This document shows, in pieces, positions 63,151 through 64,000 of a DNA stretch of 64,000 bases (position 1 is its first letter; each line of letters starts with the position of its first letter). The position numbers and the translations under genes were made by a program. The notes below the pieces were generated by a model. It worked only from the letters and a program-made list of their open reading frames with translations. It was not told the DNA's origin and searched no databases. The DNA is from Octopus vulgaris. Its lineage: Eukaryota. The DNA lies in the NCBI GenBank assembly GCA_951406725.2, contig OX597816.1, forward strand, positions 90,272,001 through 90,336,000. Direction: 5' to 3'.

Positions 63151-64000
63151 CTGGGTAGAGAAAAAAAATATAATATTAGTTTATAAATTCAACACACTAA
63201 AAATTCTTAATTCCCTAAACATGTTCAATGAAGATTAATAAAATGTATAACCCAGTTTAATGACAAAAAAATTATACATTATATTTGACAAAGAAACTTG
63301 AAATTTTGATAAGAATCTATGTTAATATAAACAATCAAATCAACAGTAAATGTTTGGATAAACTAAAAAAAAAAAAAGCCTTATCATTATCATTGTTCAA
63401 ATATACACTTTTCCATGCTTGCATGGGTCAAACAGAATTCAGATTTTTCTATGGCGAGATGCCCTTCCTGTCACCAACCCTCACCTATTTCTAAAAAAAG
63501 GTAATATTCCTAATTGCTGCACATGTTTACATGGAAAAGTGGAAACAAGGGATTCTGCTTGTATGATGATAATATTCCTTTACAACTATCCCATGACATC
63601 AAGATACATATACACACAATGAGTTTCTTTCGGTTTCTATCTACCAAATCCACTTAAAAGGCTGAAGTCAGCCTGGAACTATAGTAGAAGACAGACTCAA
63701 GGTGCTAAACAGCTAGACTGAACCCGCAGCCACTTGGTTTGGAAGCCAACTCTTAAATCACGTGTTGTACAGCTGCCTATATCACAAAAATAGAAAAGAT
63801 ATTCTAACTAAAAAAACATAGGATGGAAAAGAAAATGTATCACTGTCTGGGAAACCTTTGATAATCAGGACATTTAAACAAAAATAGAGTGAACATCATC
63901 ATCATCATCGTTTAACGTCCGCTTTCCATGCTAGCATGGGTTGGACGGTTCAATTGGGGTCTGGGAAGCCCGAAGGCTACACCAGGCTCATAAACAGTGG

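Overview
AT-rich, repeat-dense eukaryotic DNA. The SINE and RTE repeat families resemble those of Octopus (coleoid cephalopod); this is inferred from repeat style, not proven. Two host genes can be reconstructed on the minus strand. One is a spliced adenosine deaminase (ADA): 8 phase-compatible coding exons from 18601 down to 2545, 990 nt in total, with all catalytic residues present and exon 1 uncertain. The other is the terminal exon of adenylate kinase 2 (AK2, 62920-63150). The rest is mostly mobile DNA: a young 5'-truncated RTE LINE with an uninterrupted ORF and many RTE 3' fragments, Penelope-like elements (PLEs), a CR1-like LINE end, tRNA-derived SINEs, mariner/maT/IS630-Tc1/Merlin remnants, MITEs, microsatellites and a local ~2 kb duplication. 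The most unusual signals are: (1) a PLE whose 3' region joins a tRNA-like Pol III cassette to a minimal hammerhead ribozyme that is also present in an inverted copy; (2) a PHD-type C4HC3 finger inside the RTE reverse transcriptase; (3) 62-bp twin-hairpin arrays in RTE 3' UTRs; (4) a near-perfect 186-bp inverted duplication next to an ADA splice acceptor; (5) a duplicated pre-miRNA-like hairpin; (6) one SINE head joined to two different LINE-derived tails. Most short ORFs in the ORF track are repeat artefacts. Repeat boundaries were read by eye and are approximate unless a TSD or TIR is quoted.
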